64,000 nucleotides of DNA from Candidatus Thermosaccharophagus tengchongensis (GCA_032161105.1 JAVHTD010000007.1), one strand, 5' to 3'; shown: positions 29,322 to 39,715, counted from the stretch's first letter. The notes: generated by a model from the sequence alone, not told the origin. Numbers and translations: made by a program.

Positions 29322-30002
29322 ATGGGCGAGAGAATATGGCTTGCATGGAGCAGCGGAAAGGACTCAGCACTCACACTGCACATCATTCAACAGGATAGCA
29401 GGTGGAGCCATTTTGAAGTTTGCGCTCTGCTTTGCACCATCACCGAGGACTATGGGCGAGTCAGCATGCACGGTGTGCGCAGGGAGCTCGTGCTTGCCCA
29501 AGCCGAATCAATCGGCATACCATTGGCTGAAGTGCTGATACCGGCAAAGTGCACCAATGATGCGTATGAGGAAGCCATGCGCACAGCCCTTGAAGCGGCT
29601 GCGAGGGACGGAATTGTTGGTGTTGCGTTTGGTGACATACACCTTTCGGATGTGCGTGAATACCGTGAGAGGCAAATGGCTCGTGTTGGCATGACGCCAG
29701 TATTTCCGCTGTGGGGGATGAAGCCGGGCGAGGTTGCGCTTAAGTTTTTGTCCCTCGGGTTTAAGGCGGTTGTCGTGTGCGTTGATTCAAAGCAACTTGA
29801 TCCGGCGCTATGTGGTCGTGAATATGATGAATCGTTCTTGAGCGAACTGCCGGAGCTGGTTGACCCGTGTGGCGAGAATGGCGAATTCCACACATTCGTT
29901 TACGACGGACCGACCTTTACAAAGCCGATTGAAATCCGGCGCGGCAGGGTGATCATGCGGGACGAGCGATTTGCATTCTGCGACCTAACTTTGGGCAGGT
30001 GA
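29322..30002 (+). CDS. Dph6/MJ0570-like PP-loop ATP pyrophosphatase
   Basis: WSSGKDS, MHGVR, FGDI, PLW, DPCGENGEFHTFVYDGP. Confidence 0.9.
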   Translation: MGERIWLAWSSGKDSALTLHIIQQDSRWSHFEVCALLCTITEDYGRVSMHGVRRELVLAQAESIGIPLAEVLIPAKCTNDAYEEAMRTALEAAARDGIVGVAFGDIHLSDVREYRERQMARVGMTPVFPLWGMKPGEVALKFLSLGFKAVVVCVDSKQLDPALCGREYDESFLSELPELVDPCGENGEFHTFVYDGPTFTKPIEIRRGRVIMRDERFAFCDLTLGR

Positions 30003-31048
30003 TGAGCGTGAGGGGTGACGAGCAGACTGTGGTTCTCAAGGAGGCGTCGTATTACGAGGTGCTCCCGGATGGTTCGGTTAAATGCGCTCTTGAGCCACGC
30101 CAGTGCATCATTCACGATGGAGAGAGGGGCTTCTGTGGAACAAGGCAAAACATAAAAGGCAAGCTTTGGTCATTGACCCACTCAAGAGTTGCCGTCGTTG
30201 ACATTGAGATGCTTTACCATCACCACATTTACCATGTCCTTCCGGGCGCATACTTTGTCACCGTCGGCACAGCCGGATGCAACATGAGCTGCCAATACTG
30301 TGAGACTGCCGCAATATCGCAGGCGACACCTGAGGCAGTGGAGAGCATACACGCAACACCACAAATGCTTATCGGGTTGGCGATTGAGCGCGGAGCTGTG
30401 GGGATACTGTTTGCTCACAACGAGCCAGTGGCAAGCTACGAATTCATGCTTGACACATTCAAGCTCGCAAAGGATTACAAGCTGCGCACTGCATGCCACA
30501 CTGCCGCAAAGATATTCGCCAAACCGCTCATTGAGCTGTGTCGCCACTTGGATGCCATCAACATTGACTTGAAGGCTTTTGACGAAGCCGTCTACGAAAG
30601 GCTATGTCAGGGAAGCCTTGAGACGACGAAGGAGGCAATTGCTGTCATTTCAAAACTCGGCAATGTCTTCATTGAGGTGACCTACCCACTCGTGCCCGGA
30701 TTTAATGATGAGCCGGAGCAAGTCAAGCGCATGTGTGAATGGCTGCTGAAGACAGCTGGAGATGAAGTGCCATTGCATTTCATTCGTTTCTTCCCGGCGC
30801 ACAAGATGAAGGATGCCGCTCCAACGCCGATTGAACTCATCTATGAGCGCCGTGAGCTCGCAATGAAGATGGGTCTCAAGTATGTCTATGGTGGCAACCT
30901 TTTCGGCGACAAAGCCGAGTTCACATACTGCGCCAAGTGCAAAGCTATAGTCATTGAGCGAGATGAGGAAGGCATCCCGACACTGCGTATGCGTTCAGGT
31001 AAGTGTGAAGCCTGCGGCAATGCCATCCCCGGAATATGGAAGGTTTAG
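29999..31048 (+). CDS. Second, divergent AmrS-type radical SAM enzyme
   Basis: CNMSCQYC, NEP, NIDLKAF, LHFIRFFP, YVYGGN, TYCAKC..CEAC; 4-bp overlap with the upstream gene. Confidence 0.85.
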   Translation: MMSVRGDEQTVVLKEASYYEVLPDGSVKCALEPRQCIIHDGERGFCGTRQNIKGKLWSLTHSRVAVVDIEMLYHHHIYHVLPGAYFVTVGTAGCNMSCQYCETAAISQATPEAVESIHATPQMLIGLAIERGAVGILFAHNEPVASYEFMLDTFKLAKDYKLRTACHTAAKIFAKPLIELCRHLDAINIDLKAFDEAVYERLCQGSLETTKEAIAVISKLGNVFIEVTYPLVPGFNDEPEQVKRMCEWLLKTAGDEVPLHFIRFFPAHKMKDAAPTPIELIYERRELAMKMGLKYVYGGNLFGDKAEFTYCAKCKAIVIERDEEGIPTLRMRSGKCEACGNAIPGIWKV

Positions 31049-31120
31049 TGGCTTTGGGGCGAGCGTGAACTTCCCCTTGTAAGTGGCGTATGGTGAGGGT
31101 GCATCCGTCAAATTGCACCA

Positions 31121-32287
31121 TCAGCGCCCGTGACAGACTGCGCAAGTCTCCTCTCGCTTGTGGCACTTTAGGCAAGCCGAACTTGGCTCAAAGCTTGCCA
31201 CATCCTTGTGCTTGAGCGCGAACCCCTCAGGATGCGGCAAGGGAACCCCGTGACATGCATCGCATGCATTCTTCCCGTGGCAGCGCTCACATAGCTTTTG
31301 CTCCTCCTTCTTCACCTTCGCGTGAGCCTTCCGATAATCCTTCGGATGCGGCATCGGTAAGCCATGGCAAGCATCACACCATGATTGCGTGTGGCAGCGC
31401 ATGCAAAGGCTCGGGTTTAACTTTGCCTCTTTGTGCTTCCGCTCATATCCCTTCGGGTGGGGCATCTTGATGCCGTGGCATGCATCGCAGAATGAGCTTG
31501 AATGACACATCAGGCAGTTCTGTCCGGAAAGGTAAAGCTTGCCATGACGCTCAATGAAATCGGCTTTGGCGTGTGACGGTGGCTTTCTGACGATGTGGCA
31601 CGCATCACAGAATGAGCGCTCATGACATTGCAGGCATTGAGCTTCCTTACTGCTGGCAAGCGCCCCGTGCTTTGTGGCGAAGCCCTTCACATGGCTGGAG
31701 GGCTTGCGCGGCTTATGACATAGGTCGCAAAAGGTGTCACTGTGGCATTCCAAACATCGTTGCCTATCCTCTGTCTCGGTCGGGTGGCGCTCAAGCCAAC
31801 CTTGGCTATGAGTTTTTGGCAGTGCCGTCTCGGGGCGTAAGTGGCACAGCGAACACTTTTTTGGGGCGCTCTTGCCATCATGGCATTCCAAGCACACATC
31901 CATTGGCACTGCGCCGTGTTTCGGATATTGCTGCCCAGCCTTGCGCCGCTTGATGTCCCTGTGACAATCGCTGCAATGAGCGCCTCGCTCAATGTGCTTC
32001 ATGTGCGAAAACGCGATTCGGTAGGCGCTCTCACCGAGCGTGATGACATTATGGCACTCAAAGCACTCTAAACCATTGACGAGACGGAGGCGCTCATTAA
32101 CCGGCTGTGAGCTGGCAAGCTGTTCAGTCCTGAATTGAAGCATGCTCTTTTCCGAATGGCGCCTGACAGCGCTCTCAACTTGGTGCATGTGTAGGATGAG
32201 CAATGCCGACAGCGCGCTCACAAGAACAATGGGTGCAAACATGAGCGCGAGTTTAAGCAGCGCGTAAGCAAATAGCCGTAGCTTCAC
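31121..32287 (-). CDS. Membrane-anchored multiheme c-type cytochrome (16 CXXCH)
   Basis: 16 CXXCH motifs counted; N-terminal hydrophobic helix; start uncertain (ORF open to 32335). Confidence 0.9.
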   Translation of the reverse strand: MKLRLFAYALLKLALMFAPIVLVSALSALLILHMHQVESAVRRHSEKSMLQFRTEQLASSQPVNERLRLVNGLECFECHNVITLGESAYRIAFSHMKHIERGAHCSDCHRDIKRRKAGQQYPKHGAVPMDVCLECHDGKSAPKKCSLCHLRPETALPKTHSQGWLERHPTETEDRQRCLECHSDTFCDLCHKPRKPSSHVKGFATKHGALASSKEAQCLQCHERSFCDACHIVRKPPSHAKADFIERHGKLYLSGQNCLMCHSSSFCDACHGIKMPHPKGYERKHKEAKLNPSLCMRCHTQSWCDACHGLPMPHPKDYRKAHAKVKKEEQKLCERCHGKNACDACHGVPLPHPEGFALKHKDVASFEPSSACLKCHKREETCAVCHGR

Positions 32288-32367
32288 CCCTCTAACCCCC
32301 AAACAGCAAAGTGCATGAGCAACGCATTTACCCACATCAAATTGCGATTGTGCCCTTCGGGGCTGAT

Positions 32368-33990
32368 TCAGTCGCCCGAGATATGGCGCTCATATTCAAG
32401 GGCGTGTCTTTCCTTCAACTCCTTCAAGCTCATCTTGCCGGTGAGCCATACAAAGCTCATCGGGAAGACATCCGGGCGAAGGTGTGCAAAGTAAACATGG
32501 AAACAAAGGAGGGCAAATGTTGCGAGCACAGCCTCATGGCTGTGCAGCGCCTGTGCGATCTCAATGACCTGCGGCGATGTGCGTTCGGCGACGAATGGCG
32601 CCTGCCAGAGCATGAGCCCAGTTATGCCCATCATCAAAATGCCCCACCCTGCTGCCCAGTAAAGGAACTTCTCAACGAAGTTGTATCGCCCCATCTTCGG
32701 CGGCTCACGCCGTATGCGGAGCAGGAAGAGAAGCGAGTGATAAAAATCAACGAAGTCCTTGGTGGTCGGGAGCATCTCGGCTTGCCTGTTACCGCGAGCG
32801 AGTTGGGCGAACAAGTAGAGCAGGTGATAAGCGACAGCAAAGAGCATGACAATCCCAGCAGCTCGGTGTATGACGGCAGCGCTTTCAACTCCGCCAAGTA
32901 ACCTCAAAAGCCGCCCCGAGACAGGCGATGAGAAGCACTTAAGCGGCAAGCCAGTCAGCATCAGAACCATGACGCTGCTCATGAAGAGAAAGTGTTGGAT
33001 GATTTGATGGACATTCCAGCGCTGCACATACCCCTTGAGCTCCCCGCACTCATTTCTGGAGGCACTGACACACCACAGCGCTGCCATCACAACGGCATCA
33101 AGCAGTGTGTATGCAAACATTGAAACGAGCACGATGATGACGAACCACTCAAAGAGCAAACTGATCCAATAGACTGCAGGTCGCTCATTTGGCGAAGCCA
33201 ACCTGTGCGTAAATGTGAGGGCGAACTTTTCTCCGCCACCCTTGTGGCAGCTGCTGCACACGGATGCGCGCTTTGATGGGTGCATCGGTGAAGCTGGGTC
33301 GTTGGGCGGTAGTATGCTGTGATGGCTATGGCATGTCATGCAACTCGGAGTGCGCCTGCTGCCAAGGCGCAGCTTCTTTCCGTGAAAGCTGCCGAGGTAA
33401 GTTGTGACTGTGTGCGGATTAACTCCGTGTCGGAGCATCATCGCTTCGTTGGCATGGCACTTTGCGCATACCCATGCAACATTATCTGGGTGCGTCGGCG
33501 AGCGCTTGTCTTCGCTGCTGAGTATGTAATGGTTGCCATGACAATCAGTGCAAATCGGCGGCTCATTGCTGCCAGACAAAATACCCCTTGCATGTTCGCT
33601 TCGGCTGTATTGCTTAAACTCGCCGCTATGGCATTCAATGCACGCAACTAAAGCCGGCTGGGTGAGCTTTGGTAGGCGTCTTACAAAGGGCTCAAATCTC
33701 TCTTCGGCGCTGCTTCCCTTACTGCACGCTTGCGAATTCACCGCAGGTTGATGTGAGCCACCCATCGGGCGCATGTTTGTATGGCAACTGACGCATTTGA
33801 ATTTTCCGTGCACCGATGATGCGAACCTGTTTGGGTCAACATAGAGGCTTTGCGCCAATTCGCCCGGTAACTTTACATGGAGCTTTTTGTTTGCGTGGCA
33901 TGTCACGCAATGCTCCTGTGGTGACGCGCATTCTCGCCACGACCACAGGGAGAGGATGATTGCGCACGCTGTCACCGATCTCCGAGTCAT
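32368..33990 (-). CDS. Multiheme cytochrome c (7 CXXCH) fused to a b-type cytochrome membrane domain (CbcL-like architecture)
   Basis: Seven CXXCH, then TM helices with His ligands (QHF, IHRAAG, YH, LHSHEA, FHVY), GRYNFVEKFLYW, WLTGKMS..ERH. Confidence 0.88.
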   Translation of the reverse strand: MTRRSVTACAIILSLWSWRECASPQEHCVTCHANKKLHVKLPGELAQSLYVDPNRFASSVHGKFKCVSCHTNMRPMGGSHQPAVNSQACSKGSSAEERFEPFVRRLPKLTQPALVACIECHSGEFKQYSRSEHARGILSGSNEPPICTDCHGNHYILSSEDKRSPTHPDNVAWVCAKCHANEAMMLRHGVNPHTVTTYLGSFHGKKLRLGSRRTPSCMTCHSHHSILPPNDPASPMHPSKRASVCSSCHKGGGEKFALTFTHRLASPNERPAVYWISLLFEWFVIIVLVSMFAYTLLDAVVMAALWCVSASRNECGELKGYVQRWNVHQIIQHFLFMSSVMVLMLTGLPLKCFSSPVSGRLLRLLGGVESAAVIHRAAGIVMLFAVAYHLLYLFAQLARGNRQAEMLPTTKDFVDFYHSLLFLLRIRREPPKMGRYNFVEKFLYWAAGWGILMMGITGLMLWQAPFVAERTSPQVIEIAQALHSHEAVLATFALLCFHVYFAHLRPDVFPMSFVWLTGKMSLKELKERHALEYERHISGD

Positions 33991-33997
33991 CCCAACC

Positions 33998-35305
33998 TCA
34001 CTCACCTGAATGCTCCTTATAACCGCTTTCCAAACCATCCATAGCGCTGAGCAGCTCTGCGCACGCATCAATCACTCTTACTTCGTCCTCATCCATAGCC
34101 AATGTCTTGAGGCGCTCAATCAGCGGGTGAAGGAGGCGCTTAACCAAACGCCTCGTGAGCATATCAACCGTTTCTATCCCATCCACGCCGCGCACGGAAA
34201 GTTTGCCCATGAACTCGCTCAGTGTTTTTGAGCGCACTCGCTCCGCAGCTCTGAGCATGCTAACTATGGCTGGCTCAACTTGCTTTGAACGCCACCAGCG
34301 CCAGAAGGCTTCAACTTCCCTTTGGACAATTGCTTCGGCGAGCTGTGCTTCATGTTGGCGAAGCTTGCGGTATTCATCGGCTATGCTGGCAAGGCAGTCA
34401 ATGTTAAAGAGCTTTAACCCACCCAACTCGGCAACGCTTGGCTCAACATCCCTCGGCACGGCGAGGTCAATGATCAGCAGCTTCTTTGAGCCCCTCTTGC
34501 GGCTCACGAGCGCCCTTGCAACCACATCTCGGCTCAAGACAAAGCTTGGAGAGCCAGTGCATGAGATAACGATGTCGGCACTCGGCAGCCAACATGGAAG
34601 TTCATCAAGCGGTATAGCTATAGCTCCAAACTGTGCAGCCACATCCGATGCCCGTTTGAGCGTCCTGTTTGCGATCACAATTTTACCAACGCCGCATTTC
34701 TTGAACAGGCGTAATGTGAGCAAGCCCATTTCTCCGAGCCCAATGAGCAGCAATGTCGCGTCGCCAAAGTCACCGTATTCTTGCTTTGCCATCTGAACTG
34801 CAGCGTGCGGTATTGAAGTTGCCCCTTCGGAGATGCGCGTCTCTGTGCGCACCTTCTTGCCGACGCTGAGGGCGTGCATGAATAGCTGTGAGAGGATTGC
34901 GCCACAGCACTTCATGCGCATGGCGAGCTCGTATGCATCCTTAATCTGCTTGAGTATCTGCGGCTCTCCGATGATCATTGAATCCAAGCCAGCTGCAACA
35001 TGGAACAGATGAGCGCAAACACCCTTGTCGCTGGCTACATAGAGTCCTGATACCAATTTCTCCCTCGGCATATGGTGTTGCTGACACAGGAACTCAACGA
35101 GCACCGCTGGGTCTGTGCCCTCAACGGCGGCATATATCTCGGCACGATTGCATGTGGAAAGGAGAACGACCTCATTTATCCCCTCAATTGAGCGCAGCGA
35201 GCGCAGCGCATGTGGCACATCAACTTTGCACAGTGATAGCCGTTCACGCACATCAATTCCCATTGTGCGGTAGTTGCCACCAACAAGCACCAACTTAATC
35301 CCCAT
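33998..35305 (-). CDS. hemA: Glutamyl-tRNA reductase
   Basis: LSTCNRAE, GLDSMIIGEPQILKQ, GLGEMG, NRT, DLAVPRD; start uncertain. Confidence 0.92.
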   Translation of the reverse strand: MGIKLVLVGGNYRTMGIDVRERLSLCKVDVPHALRSLRSIEGINEVVLLSTCNRAEIYAAVEGTDPAVLVEFLCQQHHMPREKLVSGLYVASDKGVCAHLFHVAAGLDSMIIGEPQILKQIKDAYELAMRMKCCGAILSQLFMHALSVGKKVRTETRISEGATSIPHAAVQMAKQEYGDFGDATLLLIGLGEMGLLTLRLFKKCGVGKIVIANRTLKRASDVAAQFGAIAIPLDELPCWLPSADIVISCTGSPSFVLSRDVVARALVSRKRGSKKLLIIDLAVPRDVEPSVAELGGLKLFNIDCLASIADEYRKLRQHEAQLAEAIVQREVEAFWRWWRSKQVEPAIVSMLRAAERVRSKTLSEFMGKLSVRGVDGIETVDMLTRRLVKRLLHPLIERLKTLAMDEDEVRVIDACAELLSAMDGLESGYKEHSGE

Positions 35306-35521
35306 GCCGTTATGACGGGCACTCATTTGCGCCATGTCATTCATCCAGCTTGTCACCCTAAGGTCACACCATTGCAAAGCTCGCAGCTGCATCCCGCACA
35401 TGGTCTGAGGATGGGCAGCTTAACGAATGCAGGATGGTTAAACAGCAAAGTCCATCAACCGAGTTACTGCCATTTGCAGGTTGCATCTTGCCACCCACCC
35501 CTGACCGCCGCCACGCTCATT

Positions 35522-37765
35522 TTAGCGCGAGCGTTGCAGCCGAATTTCAGCTCCGTCAATTTGATGGCTTACAAGTCGCCTCGGTGCCGCAAACGGAAAC
35601 AATCCACCGAGCAAAATGAGAATGCTGCTCAGGCGGAGCAAATTCATGAATGGCTTGATGCTCAATTCAACAAAAGCGTGCAATGAACTTGCTGACGCTT
35701 TCCGCCGCTCAACTGAGAGCCTTATCATCCCCTCATCGGCGTTCATTGCGAGTATGGAGAATGTCGCGCTTTTATCTGGCAAGCTGTCATCAACTCCCTC
35801 GCCTGAGCTCGTCAGCCCAGGCGAGACAGTGTGACGCTCCCCAGTTGCCACTTGATACACTTCAAGCACTGCCCTTGCAATGAACTCACCTTCGTGACCA
35901 AAGCGATGTCCTCTAACATCAAACTTGACGAATCGTATGCTCATGCCGAATGCCCGTCTCTCCTCGCCCCTGCGCAGCACCAAGATGGCACGCTCAACAT
36001 CCCACAGAAGCTCAATTGGAGACGCATAGATGTCTTTGAACGGCAGCACCCTTATTTTCGGCTGGCGAACAATGCCGTATGGACTGTCGTAAATTCCGAC
36101 TTGCATAATGTGCCTACGCCTGCCATGCTCAACTGTCAATGTCAATGTCAATTTGGCGCGATTGCCGCTTTGGCTCTCAATCACGCAACTAATCCTATGT
36201 CCAAGCGCGGTCTTGCTCTGCCCGCTTGCAAGCTTCAATGTTTGTGAGCGCTCAAACGATGCCGAAAGCGATATGCCAAGCATCAGCAAAGATATGCCGA
36301 TATGGGATATGGAGCTCCCGAGATGACGCCAATTGCGCTTGGTGATGCGCCAAAGCAAGTGAAGGTTGATTAGAGCAGCTGCAGTTGATGCCAGTGTGGC
36401 TGCAACATGAAATGGGTTCCGCATGCCAAAGAGAAACGCAGCGGAAGCAGCTATGCACCCGAGCAAAAGCGGTATAGCAAGCAGCCGAGCGTTTACCCCG
36501 CTTTGGTAATATGCGTTAACGCTGAGCAGGAGTAGCAATGCCAATGCCATCGGTGCGAGCGCATGGTTGTAGAAGCTCGGGGAAGCGCCCAAGCTCACCC
36601 CAAATGGCTTTGTGAGGAGCGGGAGCGATGTCCCGAGTTCAACAATGCACGCCATAAGGGCGAGCAATAGAGCTGCGCACCACAGGGTGAAGTTGGTGGA
36701 GCGAATTGATGTCCATGCCGGTTTCCTTTCGCCGCTGTGCCAATGGCGAATTAGCATTGCGGCGCTGATGGCTGTGCAAGCGATAAGCCAGATGAAGATG
36801 ATTGCGTTGGTTAAGCCGTGCGCTTCAGCAAAGACATGCACAGAGACTTCACGCAAGATGCCACTCCTTGTGATGAATGTCGCATAGATGACGCTCACAT
36901 AGGTAAGCACGGAAAACAGAGCACCCATCCTTTTAGCCGCGCCATTGCGCCTTTGAATCGCCAAGGTGTGGAGCAATGCCGTTAGCAACAGCCATGGCAC
37001 AAGCGATGCGTTCTCAACCGGGTCCCAACCCCAATAGCCACCCCATCCGAGAACTTCATAGCTCCAGTATGCGCCGGCGATTATGCTTGCACCGATTATG
37101 AGCCACGCAAGCATTGTCCACCGATGCGCGAGATTGAGCGCCTCAAAATCTTCCGGCTCGCGCAGGAGCAGGAACGAGAGCGCATATGGTGCGGATGTGA
37201 GCGCGTAACCAAGGAACATTAGCGGCGGATGAATTGTCATCCAAAAGTTGCGCAGCAGTGGGTTAAGCCCGTGACCATCAATGGGTCTTTGTGGGAGCAC
37301 TTCAAATGGGCTTTTGCAAGCCAGTGCCACAAGCAGAAACAGCTGTGCGAACGAAAGTAGCGCCACCGCGCATGGCGCGCCTTTGCCGAGCGAATTGGAT
37401 GCTCTAATGAAAATGACCCCGATGAGCAATCCGAACCATGCCCATAGCAACATTGAACCTTCCTGACCAGCCCAAAAAGCGCTCATGCGATATTGCAATG
37501 GCAAATCTCTGGAGGTGTGTGCAGCCACATAGGCAACTTCAAAGCGCAGGTCGCAAAGCAGCACCATAAGGATGGCTGAGGCAATGGTCGCACAGAGAAA
37601 TGACAGCACCATGCTGATATGTGCCAGCCATCGCACACCAGTTGCGTTAGTTGCTTTGAGGCTTTGCAGCGCGCTTGCAATTGCGCTAACGATGAGCAAT
37701 ATGGTAGAGGCGTAAACCGTTGCCTTCCCAATGCTCGGCAGGACGAAAGCGGCATGCACATTCAA
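35522..37765 (-). CDS. ccmF: Cytochrome c heme lyase, CcmF/NrfE family
   Basis: FWAGQEGS, GLNPLL, IHPP, WGGYWGWDPVENASLVPWL, TRSG..SVH. Confidence 0.92.
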   Translation of the reverse strand: MNVHAAFVLPSIGKATVYASTILLIVSAIASALQSLKATNATGVRWLAHISMVLSFLCATIASAILMVLLCDLRFEVAYVAAHTSRDLPLQYRMSAFWAGQEGSMLLWAWFGLLIGVIFIRASNSLGKGAPCAVALLSFAQLFLLVALACKSPFEVLPQRPIDGHGLNPLLRNFWMTIHPPLMFLGYALTSAPYALSFLLLREPEDFEALNLAHRWTMLAWLIIGASIIAGAYWSYEVLGWGGYWGWDPVENASLVPWLLLTALLHTLAIQRRNGAAKRMGALFSVLTYVSVIYATFITRSGILREVSVHVFAEAHGLTNAIIFIWLIACTAISAAMLIRHWHSGERKPAWTSIRSTNFTLWCAALLLALMACIVELGTSLPLLTKPFGVSLGASPSFYNHALAPMALALLLLLSVNAYYQSGVNARLLAIPLLLGCIAASAAFLFGMRNPFHVAATLASTAAALINLHLLWRITKRNWRHLGSSISHIGISLLMLGISLSASFERSQTLKLASGQSKTALGHRISCVIESQSGNRAKLTLTLTVEHGRRRHIMQVGIYDSPYGIVRQPKIRVLPFKDIYASPIELLWDVERAILVLRRGEERRAFGMSIRFVKFDVRGHRFGHEGEFIARAVLEVYQVATGERHTVSPGLTSSGEGVDDSLPDKSATFSILAMNADEGMIRLSVERRKASASSLHAFVELSIKPFMNLLRLSSILILLGGLFPFAAPRRLVSHQIDGAEIRLQRSR

Positions 37766-37901
37766 TCACCCTTAAAGCCGCCACTGAAGTTATGTGCCTT
37801 CGCATTTTGGCGGTTCAAAACATTGCATGTGATTTGAGATTGGTTACCCACTGCTTGTTTCAATTCGCTGCGGTGCAATGAGAGTTGCATCGGCTTCAAT
37901 G

Positions 37902-39209
37902 TCACTCCATCCGAAAATAAGGGCGATGCTGCGGCGCGAGGTAGCGCTCAACATATTCACCCCATGGCTTCCTGTAAGTTCGGCAGATGTGTTTGTTGGC
38001 TTCCTCGTCACCAATTATTAGCTCGTTTTTGCTATCCCAACGGATGACTCTCCCAAGCTTAAACGCTATGTTCACAAGGTGCAGGGCACTGGTTGAGAGA
38101 TGTCCCCACTCAATTGGCGCTACTGTTTGCTGGCGGCTCTTAACGCAGTCAAGGAAGTTGCGCACATGTGGTGGATGTAGCGGAGAGCCGCCGCTTTTTA
38201 CAGGTTCTGCCCTGCCCGGCTCCGGTATCAGTTCAAATCCCTCCCGAGTTAACACGAGCGTCCCATTAGTGCCGTAAAAGGCTATCCCGTATCCTCTCCC
38301 CTCAATCGGGCGTGCGCTTGTATGGTAGACGGATGCTTGCACATAAAAGTCGCCGTAGTCAAGGAAAGCATCCTGCGTGTCCGGCGTTTCCCTGTTATCT
38401 TGGAGCGCATACTTGCCGCCGACCGACATGACTGCCCTTGGGGCAGTCACGCCAAGTATCCAGTGAACTGTATCAATGTGATGAATTGTCCATGCGAGCA
38501 TGAACCCACCGGAGTAATCCCAAAAGAACCAATAGCCGGGCGCATTGCACCTATTTCGGTTGAACTTTCGGTATGGGGCCGGCCCAAGCCACATATCCCA
38601 ATCAACGCCTGCTGGCGTGTCTTCATCCGGTGGGTTGCCGATGCCGAAAGGTGTTTCGTTCCACGCATTCCAGACACGCACCCTCGTTATTTTCCCGATG
38701 GCGCCTTTGCGTATCAAATCCCTTGCTGCAGCGTAATGGGCACCGCTCAACTGTTGTGTGCCGTGTTGCGTAATTCGGTTGAAGCGCTTTGCCGCATTCA
38801 CTGCTGCTCTCCCTTCGGCTATGTTATGGCTCAGTGGCTTTTCAACATACACATCTTTTCCCGCCTCGCATGCTGCAATTGTTTGGATAGAATGCCAGTG
38901 GTCTGGTGTGGCTATAAAGACGGCGTCAATGTCCTTTCGGTCAAGCAGCTGCCTGAAGTCTTTGTATGGGGTCGCCTTCCCGTCGGTCATTTTGACGGCT
39001 GCTGCGAGCCTATCGTCCTTTACATCGCAAACTGCCGCTACGACTACATCCGGGTTAGCCATTGCAACCCTCATGAGTCCTTGTCCCATGCCACCAACGC
39101 CGATGAAGCCAAGAACTACCTTTTCATTTGCGCCGAATAGTGAAGTGGAGCGTGTGGTCAAAAAGAGCGCGCCGACTCCGATGAACTCTCGCCTTGAGAG
39201 CTTTGACAT
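37902..39209 (-). CDS. Gfo/Idh/MocA oxidoreductase with Tat signal
   Basis: SRREFI leader, GFIGVGGMG, ATPDHWH, YVEKP, WDMWLGPAP. Confidence 0.92.
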   Translation of the reverse strand: MSKLSRREFIGVGALFLTTRSTSLFGANEKVVLGFIGVGGMGQGLMRVAMANPDVVVAAVCDVKDDRLAAAVKMTDGKATPYKDFRQLLDRKDIDAVFIATPDHWHSIQTIAACEAGKDVYVEKPLSHNIAEGRAAVNAAKRFNRITQHGTQQLSGAHYAAARDLIRKGAIGKITRVRVWNAWNETPFGIGNPPDEDTPAGVDWDMWLGPAPYRKFNRNRCNAPGYWFFWDYSGGFMLAWTIHHIDTVHWILGVTAPRAVMSVGGKYALQDNRETPDTQDAFLDYGDFYVQASVYHTSARPIEGRGYGIAFYGTNGTLVLTREGFELIPEPGRAEPVKSGGSPLHPPHVRNFLDCVKSRQQTVAPIEWGHLSTSALHLVNIAFKLGRVIRWDSKNELIIGDEEANKHICRTYRKPWGEYVERYLAPQHRPYFRME

Positions 39210-39637
39210 GCCACCTTCCACCATGAGCCATCACCTCACTGCAGCGCGTGGAGTTTTAAACTCACCGCGTTTTGCGCCATAGCTATCTTGCTTTGATGCC
39301 GCTATCATTGTAACCCCGTCTGGGAAGGAAATCAAAAGGAGAGGAAGCCACGCTGAACTTAAAGTGAGCTTATGAGCAGGCTCGTCACCAGTTGGTTGTC
39401 ACCGTCGCTCTTGACTTGGTCAGCGGGTCAATGCACACCCATTACGATGCCCGCATCATTATGGGCACGAAAACCTCAGTGAGTGATAAGCCGCCATATG
39501 ATATGTGACAGGCATTTTGCCCACCACGACCCCTTAAAGGGTGCCGCTGTGTTGAATAAGGGCTCAGAGTGGGCTTTGAACGCTGCTTTCCGTGTCAGCT
39601 ATGCCTACGCGGATTAACTGAGCGTGGATAGCAACAT

Positions 39638-39687
39638 GGCATGGGCATCCCGCCCACGAGAAATTTCATGGGCAAGATGCCCATGCC
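39638..39687. repeat. REPIN-like inverted repeat
   Basis: GGCATGGGCATCCCGCCCACG and CATGGGCAAGATGCCCATGCC, 18 of 21 complementary, each arm self-palindromic. Confidence 0.7.
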
Positions 39688-39694
39688 GCTTGCA

Positions 39695-39711
39695 AAGGGA
39701 AAACTACCGAC
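39695..39711 (+). repeat. Direct repeat copy 1 (AAGGGAAAACTACCGAC)
   Basis: 16 of 17 identical to 43237-43253. Confidence 0.75.
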
Positions 39712-39715
39712 GGCT

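Noticed and set aside
31121..31820. Recurring nucleotide motif (TGGCATGCATCGCA-like) as a possible CRISPR or tandem array
   Set aside because: Explained by repeated CDACH heme motifs inside a coding sequence
38322..39140. 272-aa plus-strand ORF
   Set aside because: Antisense shadow of the Gfo/Idh/MocA gene with no recognisable motifs
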